Position numbers and translations under genes: made by a program
Notes under the pieces: model-generated
What the model saw: the letters and a program-made list of their open reading frames with translations, nothing else
The model's database searches: none
What the model was told of the DNA's origin: nothing
In this document: piece by piece, positions 1 to 12,950 of the stretch
Layout of the letters: every line of letters begins with the position of its first letter
Position numbering within the stretch: position 1 is the first letter of the stretch
Assembly: GCA_951406725.2 (NCBI GenBank)
Contig: OX597817.1
Location: 134,478,001-134,542,000, forward strand
DNA from: Octopus vulgaris
Lineage: Eukaryota
Reading direction: 5' to 3'
DNA length: 64,000 nt

Positions 1-113
1 TACGAATTTAGAAATATAGTTCCAACTAATGGTATAAAAGAAACTAAAAGAAACACGATAAATCTAAAATAATAAAACTTGAAAATGGTCGTATATTTTA
101 TAAACTCCTTCAT

Positions 114-524
114 AGGCGCAGGAGTGGCTGTGTGGTAAGTAGCTTGTTTACCAACCACATGGTTCTGGGTTCAGTCCCACTGCGTGGCACCTTGGGCAAG
201 TGTCTTCTACTATAGCCTCGGGCCGACCAAAGCCTTGTGAGTGGATTTGGTAGACGGAAACTGAAAGAAGTCCGTCGTATATATATATATATGCGTGTGT
301 GTGTTTGTGTGCCTGTGTTTGTCCCCCTAGCATTGCTTGACAACCAATGCTGGTGTGTTTATGTCCTCGTTACTTAGCGGTTCGGCAAATGAGACCGATA
401 GAATAAGTACTGGGCTTACAAAAGAATAAGTCCCGGGGTCGAGTTGCTCGATTAAAGGTGGTGCTCCAGCATGGCCGCAGTCAAATGACTGAAACAAGTA
501 AAAGAGTAAAAGAGAGTAAAAGAG
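114..524 (+). mobile_element. tRNA-derived SINE, family A, full length
   Basis: Head with A-box-like TGGCTGTGTGG and B-box-like GGTTCAGTCCC, a CORE-like CACCTTGGGCAAGT segment, a central (TA)n/(GT)n tract and a tail CCAGCATGGCCGCAGTCAAATGACTGAAACAAGTAAAAGAG. About 12 copies in the window. Confidence 0.85.
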
Positions 525-2079
525 TATACATACATACACAAACACACACATGCACACACTCACACACACATGTATATATCCTTTCTACTATAGGCACAAG
601 GCCTGAAATTTGGGGGAGGGGACATATATAATAGATAAATAGGCAGACAGACAGACAGACAGACAGACATAAGGAAGTTACACATTTTCGTTGAAGGTAT
701 TAGTGACACAATCTCTCTTAGAACGTATCTGAGAATTTCTCTAAAACATCTAAGGAAACAACTCAACTTGAAGGTAAATATATATAAAACAGACAACTTA
801 TGAAATGTGGGAAGTTTATCAAATTAATCAGGAATTAAGTTAATTATCTATTTGTGGTACCAACGCGGTCGTGTAATTTTATTCAAGGTTTTATCTGGAA
901 AGATCGCAGAAAAAGGACGTTAAAGTACATTTGGTAGCGAGAGTATTTCTTTTTCTTTTGTGCAACGTCAGAGAATAAATAATTTCGTTAAGTGTTCGGT
1001 AAACATGTTAACGACGTTTATTTTCAGTCGCAAAAATTTTGTTTGCCGTTTTATATAGTTCCAAGATATGCTCCCAGGTAATATTTAGTGCCTAATTATA
1101 AACAATCCATTTTGTTTTTAATGATATTTAACTTCTTTATTAAGTCAGTACTTAGTAGCATACCAAGTGATATAGTCGTTAGTCTGGCTCTTATTTTCTT
1201 TTACTCTGTTAATAAGTTCTTTCAACTTACCAGCTGTACATATCTTCCAATATTTCTTCCCGTCTCTCACCCAGAGTTCATTAGTTGACGTGATTCTAAG
1301 TAAATAGGTTTTCTTTTCATAAATCTATATATTTACGTATCCATCAGCAGCACACACAAACGCGGAGGTAAGTACATATATATAGACACATTCGCATACA
1401 CACACGCACACACACACATACACACAAACATACACACAAATAAAGAGAGACAGACAGACTTACAAACAGAAAGATACGTAGATTAGATAGACAGATAGAC
1501 AAATGCATATATAGAAAGATATAAGCATGTGTGTGCATATATATATATATATATATGTATACCAACAGGTATACACACAGATATACTCACACACATATCT
1601 TAATAATGCTAATACTCTAGAGATGTTTGTGTGTACCCAAAATACCTCAGAAATAGTATATTTTATCTTAATTTGATTTGCATAGTACAGTACAAATTTT
1701 TGTGATATTTCGACCTCTATTTATTAAGGAAAAAGATTATACACAATTTTGTTTGCTATTTCTTGACGAAAAAGAAAACATGGTTTCCGTGACGTCAACA
1801 CACATACACACATACAGAATACACACATATAATGAATGTCATGGCGTGTCAATCAACACAAGCACACGCCCGCTATCTGTGACATATACACACACATATA
1901 CTTCGCGATGAAAAAAACCTCTCGACATTTTTATGTACATAATATTTTATCATTTCGAAATATTTTTAACTGAATGTGATTTGAAAAATATAAGTTGTTT
2001 GTACAGTAAGTATTTATATTTTAGCTTTCTTTAAACAGGCAATATTTTAACGTTTTTTAACATTATTTTCAAGTGAATG

Positions 2080-2661
2080 GCGATCTTTTGCTTGTCATCT
2101 GGAGTTCGTTAATTTCCGTAAAAAAACTTTATTTACTTTTGTTTTAAAGTGAAAGAGAGGGGAAATCAAAATATGTATGTACGTGTATATGAAATAGACG
2201 TGTGTGTGTGAAACAGAGAGAGAGAGAGGGGAGAGAGAGAGTGAAAGAGAGAGAGAGTGAAAGAGAGAGAAAGAGAGAGAAAGAAAGAGAGAGAGAATGG
2301 GAGATAGAGAAAGAAAGAGAGAGTGAGTGAAGGGGTATGTTGCCGTAGGCATAAATACATCAATACATATGCGTACATCTTTTTTGTATGTACGCATATG
2401 AGAGAGAGAGAGTGAGAAAGGGAGAGAATGAGAGAGAGTGATAGAGTGAGTGAGTGAACACGTGTATTCTCATATATGTGTAAGTGGCTCTCTCTCTCTC
2501 TCACTCACACACACACACACATCTATTTCATATACACGTACATACATCTTTCACCTTCTCTTCTCTTTCACTTTAAAACGAAAGTAAATAAAATTGCGGA
2601 AATTAACGAGCAAAACCAGCTGATCCGGACTTCAGTTCTGAGAGTCAGAGCGAAAGATCGC
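2080..2661. mobile_element. Fold-back/MITE-like element with ~150-bp imperfect terminal inverted repeats and internal (GA)n tracts
   Basis: 2080-2235 is the reverse complement of 2488-2661. The ORF track shows the same peptide, FHFKTKVNK, on both strands. Confidence 0.7.
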
Positions 2662-2720
2662 ACGAAGGGAATACGATTATAAAATTTTTTGGAGTGCATT
2701 CAACGTATTTCAGCTTCAAC

Positions 2721-2833
2721 GATTTAGCTGCTATTTCTAGCACGCCCTGCTACCACATAACAGCTATTTGCGATAAAGGACCCAAAATACCTGTTACATG
2801 ATAGCAGGGCGTGCAAGAAATAGCCGCTAAATC
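2721..2833. repeat. Inverted repeat with ~43-bp arms (small MITE-like hairpin)
   Basis: GATTTAGCTGCTATTTCTAGCACGCCCTGCTACCACATAACAG pairs with CTGTTACATGATAGCAGGGCGTGCAAGAAATAGCCGCTAAATC with few mismatches. Confidence 0.8.
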
Positions 2834-2991
2834 TTTCTTTTTCTGGGGAAAGGGCCATTTACGCGTGATTTCGATGTCACCTTCGTTGAAAGCATGCGAA
2901 ATAACGTGGAGAAGAAAAAAAAACCCAACGAAACAAAACTCCTTTGCTGAGAAACTCAAACTTTCCAGGTAACTCAACGGGTCACAGGTAG

Positions 2992-3047
<56 letters not shown>

Positions 3048-3494
3048 AGAGAGAGAGAGATACAGATAGACAGAAAAATAGGTACGTAGGTAAATAGATG
3101 GATAGATAGATAGATAGATAGATACCAACAGGTATACACACAGACATACACACACACAAACACACATACGAACGTAAATACATTGATACGTACAACAACC
3201 GTTTGCATTTTGACACACCGGGTTAATCCTTTTATAGCGAAAGTCTTCGAGTGAATGATGTTAGTGGCACGTAACGTCGATGAGCCTGGGAGAATCAATC
3301 ATAAATAGTATGTTGGTAAATATATTTCAATTAAATGATACAAATATGTGCGTGTGTGTTTCTGTGCTTTTGTGCGCGTGTGTGTGTGTGTGCTCAATAT
3401 GAAAATGTTGGAATTCGACGTGTGAAGTATATAATTTTAAGTTTGTGTCTAAGTGGACAACGTTACAAAAATTAGCAGAATATAATATATATTT

Positions 3495-3720
3495 ATTTAC
3501 TGCCCACAAGGGGCTAAACATAGAGGGGACAAACAAGGACAGACAAACGGATTAAGTCGATTACATCGACCCCAGTGCGAAATTGGTACTTTATTTATCG
3601 ACCCCGAAAGGATGATAGGCAAAGTTGACCTCGGTGGAATTTGAACTCAGAACGTAACGACAGACGAAATACCGCTAAGTATTTCGCCCGGCGTGCAAAC
3701 GTTTCTGCCAGCTCGACGCC
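3495..3720 (-). mobile_element. tRNA-derived SINE, family B, monomer
   Basis: Minus strand reads GAGCTGGCAGAAACGTTTGCACGCCGGGCGAAAT...GAGTTCAAATTCC...TTTGCCTATCATCCTTTCGGGGTCGATAAA...GCCCCTTGTGGG. Many copies in the window. Confidence 0.85.
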
Positions 3721-3933
3721 TTTTAGCAGAATATAATATATTAGGCTGAAATTAACGCCGAAGTTTACTTGTAGGGCCCGAACACGCTGCTTTTGTACAC
3801 ACACACGTACAAAAACATGCACACAAACACACACACATACAGGCGCACATTGCCACCCACACATGTGTCGGTAAACGCTAGTGACGAACTGGGTCAATGA
3901 ATGCACAACCCCGCATATGTTCCTTCCATTCGT

Positions 3934-4131
3934 TTTCACGTTTCCGCCATTTGTCTACAGCCATGCTGGGGGCAACGCCTTGTAGAATTTTTAATCGAAT
4001 GAATTGACTCTGATTATCTGTCTTAAGCCTGGTATTCATTCTATCGGTCTCTCGTTTACCGAACCGTAAATTTACTGAGTTGCAAACACACCAACACCGG
4101 TTGTCAAACGACGGGGGATGACGACAAACAC
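3934..4131 (-). mobile_element. SINE family A, diverged 3' half
   Basis: Matches the 3' half of 114-524 (TTGACAACC, GGTTCGG, GAGACCGATAGAAT, CCAGCATGGC). Confidence 0.7.
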
Positions 4132-4137
4132 CCAATC

Positions 4138-4172
<35 letters not shown>

Positions 4173-4222
4173 CGTTTAAATATTTTATTGGCTAAACTGG
4201 CAATATGACCATTCCGAAATAT

Positions 4223-4277
<55 letters not shown>

Positions 4278-4324
4278 TCCATATATATCCATATATATAT
4301 ATATATCCATATATATATATATAT

Positions 4325-4378
<54 letters not shown>

Positions 4379-5354
4379 AATTAGAAAGAACCCACCTTTT
4401 ATCAATTCAATAATGAAAAATTAAATTATACCATTTATAAAAAATACATCTTATAGAAAGATTAAATATAAAATAAAACATATAACAATGATTAATTAAT
4501 GTATATATATATATATATATACATATATGGTTAATCTAAGGGCATACTATGTCTATCTGTTAGAAATAACAGTCAAAATTCTTATTTAAATCGCCAAAAT
4601 ACACTGATAATAACTACAGTGATCAACGGTCCGAAGGCAAACTGGCTAAGACACAGTCATTGATACCTTCGCAAATTTTAATTTCGTGAATTATTTGCTC
4701 TCTTTAACTCTCACTATTCCCCATACGTTTATCTTCCCTGTACGTTTCTCTTTGTCTCGGATTTTTTTTCTAATCCTTCCATCCCGTTACCTCCTACCCA
4801 TCTTTCCTCCTTTCACGTGACCGGTGTCCGACCAGCCACGATCTTTCTTTCTTTGCCTGACTGCCGACCGCCAACACCTCTTATGCCCATCTCCTATGTT
4901 ACTGCCTTTAGGCTTTTGCTTTATACACGCCAGATCAATTTGATTCGATCCCATTCGAAAGACAGCTGTTGTTATTTTCTTGTTGTTTGTATTCGTAATA
5001 GTGAACCATGTTCTCCGTTTGTTCAGTTTTTTTTTTGTTGCCGTACACATTCACCAGCTTTCTTACAAAATGGTCTAATGTTCTTAACTTAGACTTTTTT
5101 GGGGACAACCAGATCGAACCATCTCAAATGTAATTGCCCAAATTGGTCGTGACTTCTGGAACTTGACTGAGGAAAGAAAGCCAAGAATGACCAGTCTTTT
5201 TTTGCCTGTCCTTCTAATTGTTGTTTCTCTTGTCCACCTTTGTATCATCTATCTATCCGAACGATTTAATGCCCTCTATTGCGTTTTTGTTCCATTCATA
5301 TATATACGAGAAAAACGCCCCCCTCCCCGTCCAATGGACGGTGTTGAGTTGTCA

Positions 5355-5575
5355 AACATTTAAACCAAATTTTCTCTAAACAACTTTCCGACGCGCATAC
5401 AAATTCACGTTCCCACAGTTTATCGATCGCATTCTCACCTGGAATCGATTTTTGTAATTTTTTCCAAGACTTACGCACGCCCTGATACCGTCGGTATCTA
5501 CATACCAAATTTGAGCGCAATCGGATGGAGGATGCCCGAGATCCTAGAAGACACACACACAGAACGCATTTTATA

Positions 5576-5580
<5 letters not shown>
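5355..5580 (-). mobile_element. Probable non-autonomous Helitron-type fragment
   Basis: TATAAAATG followed by a (GT)n tract and CCGATTGCGCTCAAATTTGGTATG, an arrangement typical of non-autonomous Helitron/HINE 5' ends. Confidence 0.4.
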
Positions 5581-5625
<45 letters not shown>

Positions 5626-5626
<1 letters not shown>

Positions 5627-5760
5627 ACGCGCTTCTTTCGGTTTCCCTCGAGCAATTCCACTCACATAGCTTGGTCGGCCCAAAGCTATACTAGAACACA
5701 CTTACCCAAGGTGCCACGCGGTCAGATATAACCCGGAACCATGTGGTTTCGAAGCAAGCT
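5626..5760 (-). mobile_element. SINE family A, 5' half
   Basis: Reverse complement of the head and CORE-like part of 114-524. Confidence 0.7.
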
Positions 5761-5789
5761 ATGAATAGGAATCAGTAAAGTTTTCTTGC

Positions 5790-5905
5790 GAATCTATTCC
5801 TGTTATTCAATCTGAGTTGGAATAATGAATGGAAACGCCATCGATTCATATTTCAGAAGTCATTCATAATTCAAACTCCGATTTGAATAACTACGAATAA
5901 ATTTG
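5790..5905. repeat. Imperfect inverted repeat with ~43-bp arms
   Basis: AATCTATTCCTGTTATTCAATCTGAGTTGGAATAATGAATG versus CATTCATAATTCAAACTCCGATTTGAATAACTACGAATAAATT. Confidence 0.6.
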
Positions 5906-5971
5906 AATGAAAGTTACGCTTTGCAGCTAATGATATCTTTTAAAAATCTAATATATAAATATGTATACATA

Positions 5972-6180
5972 TTCTTTTATTCTTTTACTTGTTTCAGTCA
6001 TTTGACTGCGGCCATGCTGGAGCATCACCTTTTAGTCGAGCAAATCGACCCCATTACTTATACTTTGTAGCCTAGTACTTATTCTATCGGCCTTTTTTGC
6101 CGAACCACTAAGTTACAGGGACGTAAACACACCAGCATCGCATGTCAAGTGATGTTGGGGGACAAAACAGACATGCAAAC
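5972..6180 (-). mobile_element. SINE family A, 3' half
   Basis: CTTTTACTTGTTTCAGTCATTTGACTGCGGCCATGCTGGAGCA is the reverse complement of the family A tail. Confidence 0.8.
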
Positions 6181-6213
6181 ATACGCGCACACACGCATAT
6201 ACATATACATATC

Positions 6214-6254
<41 letters not shown>

Positions 6255-6260
6255 GTATTT

Positions 6261-6428
6261 TTGTATTTCGGAATGGTCAGATATACTGGAGTGAGACGAA
6301 AGAACTCTGGCCGAAATAAGATTAAGATTAATGTAATAAATAAGTAACACTGAGGCAAAGTAATACCAAATATATAGTGCGTGTGTTTTTATTGGCTAAA
6401 CTGGCAAAATTACCATTCCGAAATACAA
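6261..6428. mobile_element. Small MITE-like element with ~18-bp terminal inverted repeats
   Basis: TTGTATTTCGGAATGGT ... ACCATTCCGAAATACAA. Its right end recurs at 4184-4230 and, diverged and inverted, near 18506-18545. Confidence 0.55.
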
Positions 6429-6477
6429 CAATATCTGTTTCAACAAACGATTTCACATAAAAAATCGTGCACAACAA

Positions 6478-6509
<32 letters not shown>

Positions 6510-7419
6510 ATACGAAGGAAAAAATGAACTACTATGTATGCTAAAAGAAGACGAGCATCTCTGGAAAGAGCGATGCTGTCGTAAGGTGCCGAAATCGCTA
6601 GAATCTCAGTCGACGGCAGATGAAGAGTGTGGCTCGCCGCGTAAAACATGTATGACATGATATGTGTTTCATGTATGTGTGTATACGCGTGCATGTGATT
6701 GTGTTTCATTTGCATCGGTTCGCGTGTGTGCGAGCGCGCGCGTGTGTACGTAGAGATAAATTTATACATCTGTAAATAGATGCTTGAGAGAATTTACAGA
6801 AATTAGAATTTTAACTGATGATTACTGTTTATCATAAAAATAGACTTTAATGTAAAACACAGAAGGCCTAGATTGACTTTCTCAAAAAAAGCGTTACGCC
6901 CTAAAAATTTCGAGAGAATCATAGAATGTACCAAGTCATTGAACTGGAACATGTTCTCATCAACTCTTATCTATTTTCTGAGAGCAACATGGTGTCTAAA
7001 CATAACTTAGCGCTGAAATAGAAGTAATTTTGCTCTGAAATCTATACACATCAGGCAAAAGCTGTATCTTGTTACGTTACGACTTGTGCGTGTCATTACA
7101 CTGTTCTTTTCTGTAGACATTAGTGTATTTTTCATAGCAGTCAATGCCAGCCACTTTTCTTTTCTATAGATAGAAAACGTATTTTATGCATCCCCTCAAA
7201 TAATCGATATTTATTTCTGTGTACCAAAAAGTTATGTATTTCTTTGTATATAATAATGTGCACATGCGCACACATATATAAATATACACTAAATATTTAT
7301 ATGCAAATATATTTACAACCAAACCCGGTTATATGTACATATCTATGTACTTATACGTGCGCCTATGTGTGTATATGCGTATGAGTATTCATGTATGTAG
7401 GCATGTAATATATACGCAC

Positions 7420-7468
<49 letters not shown>

Positions 7469-7706
7469 GTTTAAAAATAGGATAAAATCTTTATAAGAAT
7501 TTATCAAGCAGTTAGCGTGAAAAACCTCATAGAGGAAAAATCATTAATTATTCCGTTTAAATATATTTATTTATATTAAGAGCATTGCTATACATAACTG
7601 CCTCACGCTAGGAGGGACCCTTAAAGTCAAAACTACCAGAATGAACACATTGTACCGACGGCGGTCCATTGGTATGGCCGCAGCTCTGAGCTGAAACTAC
7701 AGTAAA

Positions 7707-7840
<134 letters not shown>

Positions 7841-7852
7841 ATGTATGTATAT

Positions 7853-7952
7853 AGGTGCAGGAGTGGCTATGTGGAAAGAAGCTTGCTTTCTAACCGCATG
7901 GTTCCGGGTTCAGTCCCTCTTCGTGGCACCTTGGGCAATGTCTTCTACTTTC

Positions 7953-7957
<5 letters not shown>
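7853..7957 (+). mobile_element. SINE family A, 5' fragment
   Basis: GGTGCAGGAGTGGCTATGTGG...GGGTTCAGTCCC...GGCACCTTGGGCAA. Confidence 0.75.
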
Positions 7958-7994
<37 letters not shown>

Positions 7995-8315
7995 ATTGGC
8001 TGGCTGGTTGGCTGGTTGGTTGGTTTCGTCAGTCATGCTTCACATCCTGCATAGAGAGGAAGAGAGAAGCTAAAGAAGACATACAGAGAAAGTAAACATA
8101 TAGTGTAGGATGAGCGGAGGGGGAAAAAATCAGGGACAGAGAGAGGAAGAAGAAAATGAAGAAGACGAAGCAGACGCAGAGGAGGAAGGGGAGAAGGGGG
8201 AGTTGTGAATGACCGAGTTATCATGTGACTAGTTTTACAAATTGGAAATATATTTGAATTGATTGTAAGGTAATAAATATTTTTCTCATGAAAATTATTC
8301 ACTTAATAACAAAGA

Positions 8316-8940
8316 CGTCAAGCTGGCAGAAACGTTAGCACACCGGGCGAAATGCGTAGCCGTATTTCGTCTGCCATTACGTTCTTAGTTCAAATTCCGC
8401 CGAGGTCGACTTTGCCTTTCATCCTTTCGGGATCGATTAAATAAGTACCAGTTACGTACTGGTGTCGATATACTCGACATAATCCGTTTGTCTGTCCTTG
8501 TTTGTCCTTGTTTGTCCTCTCTGTGCTTAGCCCTTTGTGGGTAATAAAGAAATAGGTATTTCGTCTGTCTTTACGTTCTGAGTTCAAATTCCACCGAGGT
8601 CGACTTTGCCTTTCATCCTTTCGGGGTCGATAATTAAGTTTCAGTTACGCACTGGGGTCGATACAATCGACTTAATCCGTTTGTATGTCCTTGTTTGTCC
8701 CCCCTGTGTGTAGCCCCTTGTGGGCAATAAATTAATAAGAAACGTTAGCACGCCTGGCGAAATGCTTAGTTGTATTTCGTCTGTCTTTACGTTCTGAGTT
8801 CAAATTACGCCGAGGTCGACTTTGCTTTTCATCCTTTCCTGGTCGATAAATTAAGTACCAGTTTCGCACTGGGGTCCATCTCATCGACTGTCCCCTTTCC
8901 CCAAAATTTTCGAGCCTTGTGCCTAGAATAGAAAAGAATA
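8316..8940 (+). mobile_element. SINE family B, head-to-tail multimer (three body units)
   Basis: The body unit GTATTTCGTCTG...GAGGTCGACTTTGC...GTCGAT recurs at about 8362, 8557 and 8772. The last unit has the alternative tail CCCCAAAATTTTCGAGCCTTGTGCCTAGAATAGAAAAGAAT. Confidence 0.85.
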
Positions 8941-9010
8941 TTTTCAATAACAGGCAAGGAATTTGATAAAAGTGAAATTGTTATTGTTTTCTGTACAGTA
9001 CATTTCTTGA

Positions 9011-9148
9011 TATTCTTTTCTATTCTAGGTACAAGGGCAGAAATTTTGAGTGGGAGGGCGCAGACGATTCGCTGGACCTCAGTACGCAAATGGTGCTTAA
9101 TTTATCGATCCCGAAAGGGTGCAAGGCAAAGTCGACCGCGGCAGAATA
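9011..9148 (-). mobile_element. SINE family B, 3' part
   Basis: Reverse complement of the body and the CCTTGT(G/A)CCTAGAATAGAAAAGAAT tail. It faces the copy ending at 8940. Confidence 0.75.
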
Positions 9149-9599
9149 CATTTCTTGATTTTACCTATGGAACCAAATGCATAACTCGCAAGTTCACTGT
9201 CACGTGATGATCAGCATTCCTTGTTTTCATATTGTTCTTAAAAATAAGTCATCATAGCTAACTACTGAAACTATTCACATGAAAATATTTATGGTGTAAA
9301 TAATGTCGGTATAAACGAACCAGATTTTGTGTGTGTGTGTATGGAAGAGAGAGAAAGAGAAAGTGTGTGTGAGAAAGAGAGTAAGACACAGAGAGAAAAA
9401 AAGAAAGCGAGATAGAAAGAAAGTATAATCGCGCGCGCGAGTTTTTACGTGTACAAATAAGGCAAATATACTCGATCTCTAAAGCGGTTTTTGCTTTCAG
9501 ATGACGGCGTGAATCGACAACTATTCCCTCTTTAGATTCTCTCTCACGCTTTCCTGATCTCTCTCTCTTTCTATCTTTCGTTCTCTCTCTCTCTCTCTC

Positions 9600-9644
<45 letters not shown>

Positions 9645-9838
9645 ATATCGTCTACATATGTACATATATATGTGTGTATATATGTATATATGTATATATG
9701 TATATATGTATATATATATATACATATATTTATATACAAATATATATATATATATATTTATATACAAATATATATATATTTATGTACAAATATATATATT
9801 AATGTATACTTATATACGTATATATACATAAGTATATA

Positions 9839-9880
<42 letters not shown>

Positions 9881-11304
9881 TGTCTTACCCGACAGTGCGG
9901 AATCCGCTTGCATCCCACACGTGAAGCAATGAGCTTCCCTAAGAAGCGTTCACGCAGTTAATCTTCACTCATTCGATGCTGATTCGTATCGCCTCTTTGT
10001 TGCATAATCTCTGTAGATCTCCACTAATCCATTCATTCTCTCTTCTACCAAAATCTTCCCGCCTCGCACACTCAGTCGCCAACAGAAAGAATGCATCCAA
10101 TGGTTTCGAGTCTTAACATCGTTTATTCGGTCTTCTTATATTTCCTTCTATTCACTTCAAACAGTGTCGTATATATTTCTCTCAATCTATGCTTCTATTC
10201 TGATACTTGTAAATATGTTACACTATATCCCAGTTCAATTATCTGGAAGTCGATTAAAGCAGTAACCCCAGCTATGAATTCTATAGCGTCGAATCTACTT
10301 GGATGTAGAATTTCTATCTCATTCATCATTGATGTCACGTTATTGAGAAATTCATCGAAAATAATGTTGCTACTCAGGCATAAACATTTGCCTAATCTAC
10401 CTTTTATAGGCTACAACCACATCTTGCCTCTGGCGTCAGTAGCTCCCTTTCAAATTGCATCGTTACAGTGTGTGCTGATGGCGTTCGCTTTAGGCGCTAA
10501 CAACTCTCGACTATTCCAAAGTTCTTTTATGTCAAGCAGCCTCTACATAATTGCTTTTACGTTGCCAACTCTGGATTAGAGATATTAGTTTAAGGAACAC
10601 TAGAAAGGGGTTACGTGACATAACAAAAATTTTAGAGACATGTTTCGCATTAGATACGATGTATTACACATTTCGATCTTCAGTATGTTAGTCTCTGAAT
10701 ACTGTACCCCTGCATAAAAAGCAAGGAGACGCTAATCAGGGGCTGTCAGAAAAATCCCATATATATATTTAAAAAATTGATATTTCATCGAAAAAGAGCG
10801 AAATAATGTTAACAAGCCGCCACAAAAAAAGAGATAAACAGACTAAACTACAGCAACGAGAGCGAAATAGAAATCTAAATGATTTGTCATTCTGAAGAAA
10901 AAAAACTCGCCAAAATTTAAAGCACGCCTCTTGCGTAAAATACCTCCTTTTTGCAAGGAAACGAGTCTTCGTTAAAACTTGAAAGAATAGAAAATTACTC
11001 AACTTTAATAAGCATACATTCGCACATACACACACAAACGCACAAATACAATGTGATATATTTCACAAAACATAGCGAAGAGATGACACAATATAAGTAA
11101 AGAAATTTGAAAAATTTGAAAAGAAAATATGAAACCGGTTATTTCTCCAAAAACAATGTTAATATACGCAAAATTTTATAACATTTTTCTAACATAACGA
11201 TTTAGATATAATCTTTAAGCATATAACACAAGTCTTCTGTAGTTTTTTCACTCAATTTTGTCTTTTATACACCCAAGTACGTGCTTTCACATACCAACTC
11301 TCTC

Positions 11305-11348
<44 letters not shown>

Positions 11349-12368
11349 GGGAGAGCGATAAATAGATGTACACATCGATCTTGATAGGGATAGATATGTG
11401 TGTATGTGTAATATACGTTGCATGTAAACCTGAATATATGAATACAGTCAAAAACAATTACTTATTTAAAAAAAACCTACATAGTGTTTTATAGATGTTA
11501 GTTATCAAATATATCAAAAGAGAAAAAGAAAAAGAAATCATGACAAACCACGCAAAACGTGTATCTTGTGAAACAATGGAGAAGAGAAATACTTTGGATA
11601 ATCAATATTTTTTTTCTATGTCGATCTTTAATGAATTCACATATTTCTGAAACATTATTCTCTTTCAAAATGTATTGTAATATTAAAGTCATTTATACTG
11701 TAGCGATCACAAATATCTACAACGATCTACAAACATCGTCAGCAATAACACCATGCCTCAATCACATTATGTATGCACATAAAAATCATTAATAGTTATA
11801 TGTTAGTCGTACCTATTTGTTCTTGTTTTACAATTTCGATCTTCTATCTTTTTAGATGTCTTCTAAAAATATTCTGTCAAGTTGATATTCAAAAATTATT
11901 TTGATTCGTTTGCCAGGCACTTATTTCTGTTCAAATCTATCATCATGAATTATTTTGCTTTCCTACCGTACTTTCCTGCCAGTTTCTGTCCACCTCCATT
12001 CCCTGAGACGTGTGCAGCATTGTGTTCTGATTCTGTGGGAACTGAAGGAGAGTAGACTCATTGTGTTGGTGTAAAGCAACAGTTTGTTTTGTTGTGGGGT
12101 TTAACTGCTTGTTTATTGTGATAGTTTTTGTTCTGTTGTGTGAAATGTTACTTGCATTATTTTACTAGGCTTTAATCTTGTATAATATAAGGTCGCACGA
12201 ACTGTGTTGCTTTTGAGATTATTATATGTTCATTTATATACGGCGAGTGTTGCGTGAGAAGAATGTTCTCTTTGAACTATCTATCTATTGAACTGACAGC
12301 GTCTTTTACAAATCGTTGGGTTGTTCCTAACATAGTTATTTTCGGGGCAGTGTGCCATATTCCAAGCC

Positions 12369-12433
<65 letters not shown>

Positions 12434-12537
12434 GTTATCATTATAAAGATTTCAGTCGTCGGCATGTAAAGATTTCAGAGACTGGATTAGTGAATTAGTT
12501 ACGAGGGCATTGATGGGGTTAGTAATGAAAAATAAAT

Positions 12538-12950
12538 AGGCGTAGGAGTGGCTTTGAAGCTTGCTTACGAACCACATGGTTTCGGGTTCAGTCCCACTGC
12601 GTGGCACCTTGGGCATGTGTCTTCTACTATAGCGTCGAGCTGCCCAATGCCTTGTAAGTGGATTTGGTAGACGGAAACTCAAAGAAGCCCGTGGTGTATA
12701 TGTATATATATATGTATGTGTGTGTATATGTTTGTGTGTGTGTGTTTGTTCCCCCCACCAGCAAAATCGCTTGACAACCGATACTGGTGTGTTTACGTCC
12801 CCGTAACTTAGCAGTTCGGCAAAAGAAACCGATGGAATAAGTACTAGGCTTACAAAGAATCAGTCCTGGGGTCGATTTGCTCGACTAAAAGGCGGTGCTC
12901 TAGCATGGCCACTGTCACATAACTGAAACAAGTAAAAGAGTAAAAGAGTA
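12538..12950 (+). mobile_element. SINE family A, full length
   Basis: Colinear with 114-524; ends in AAGTAAAAGAGTAAAAGAG. Confidence 0.85.

Noticed and set aside
6580-6660. Hammerhead-like ATGAAGA...AAAACATGTA
   Set aside because: Both core boxes are mutated and stem I has at most 2 bp.
8316-8940. CRISPR-like or prokaryotic repeat array
   Set aside because: The units are ~170-bp SINE bodies with no unique spacers, and there are no cas genes. The context is eukaryotic.
9880-10579. 162-aa + strand ORF, and a minus-strand CFTCG that resembles a gag Zn knuckle
   Set aside because: The ORF has no recognisable motif. The knuckle lacks its His and last Cys, and the minus frames contain many stops. 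It is probably an old transposon remnant but cannot be assigned.
10630-10690. Minus-strand CTGAAGA...GAAACATGTCTC hammerhead candidate
   Set aside because: Stems I and II do not pair convincingly and stem III is malformed.
11950-12372. Possible further Dong-like 3' end after (TAA)n (KITMLGTTQRFVKDAV)
   Set aside because: Only a weak resemblance to the QK..LLGTA.ILRKVL terminus, and no second copy in the window.
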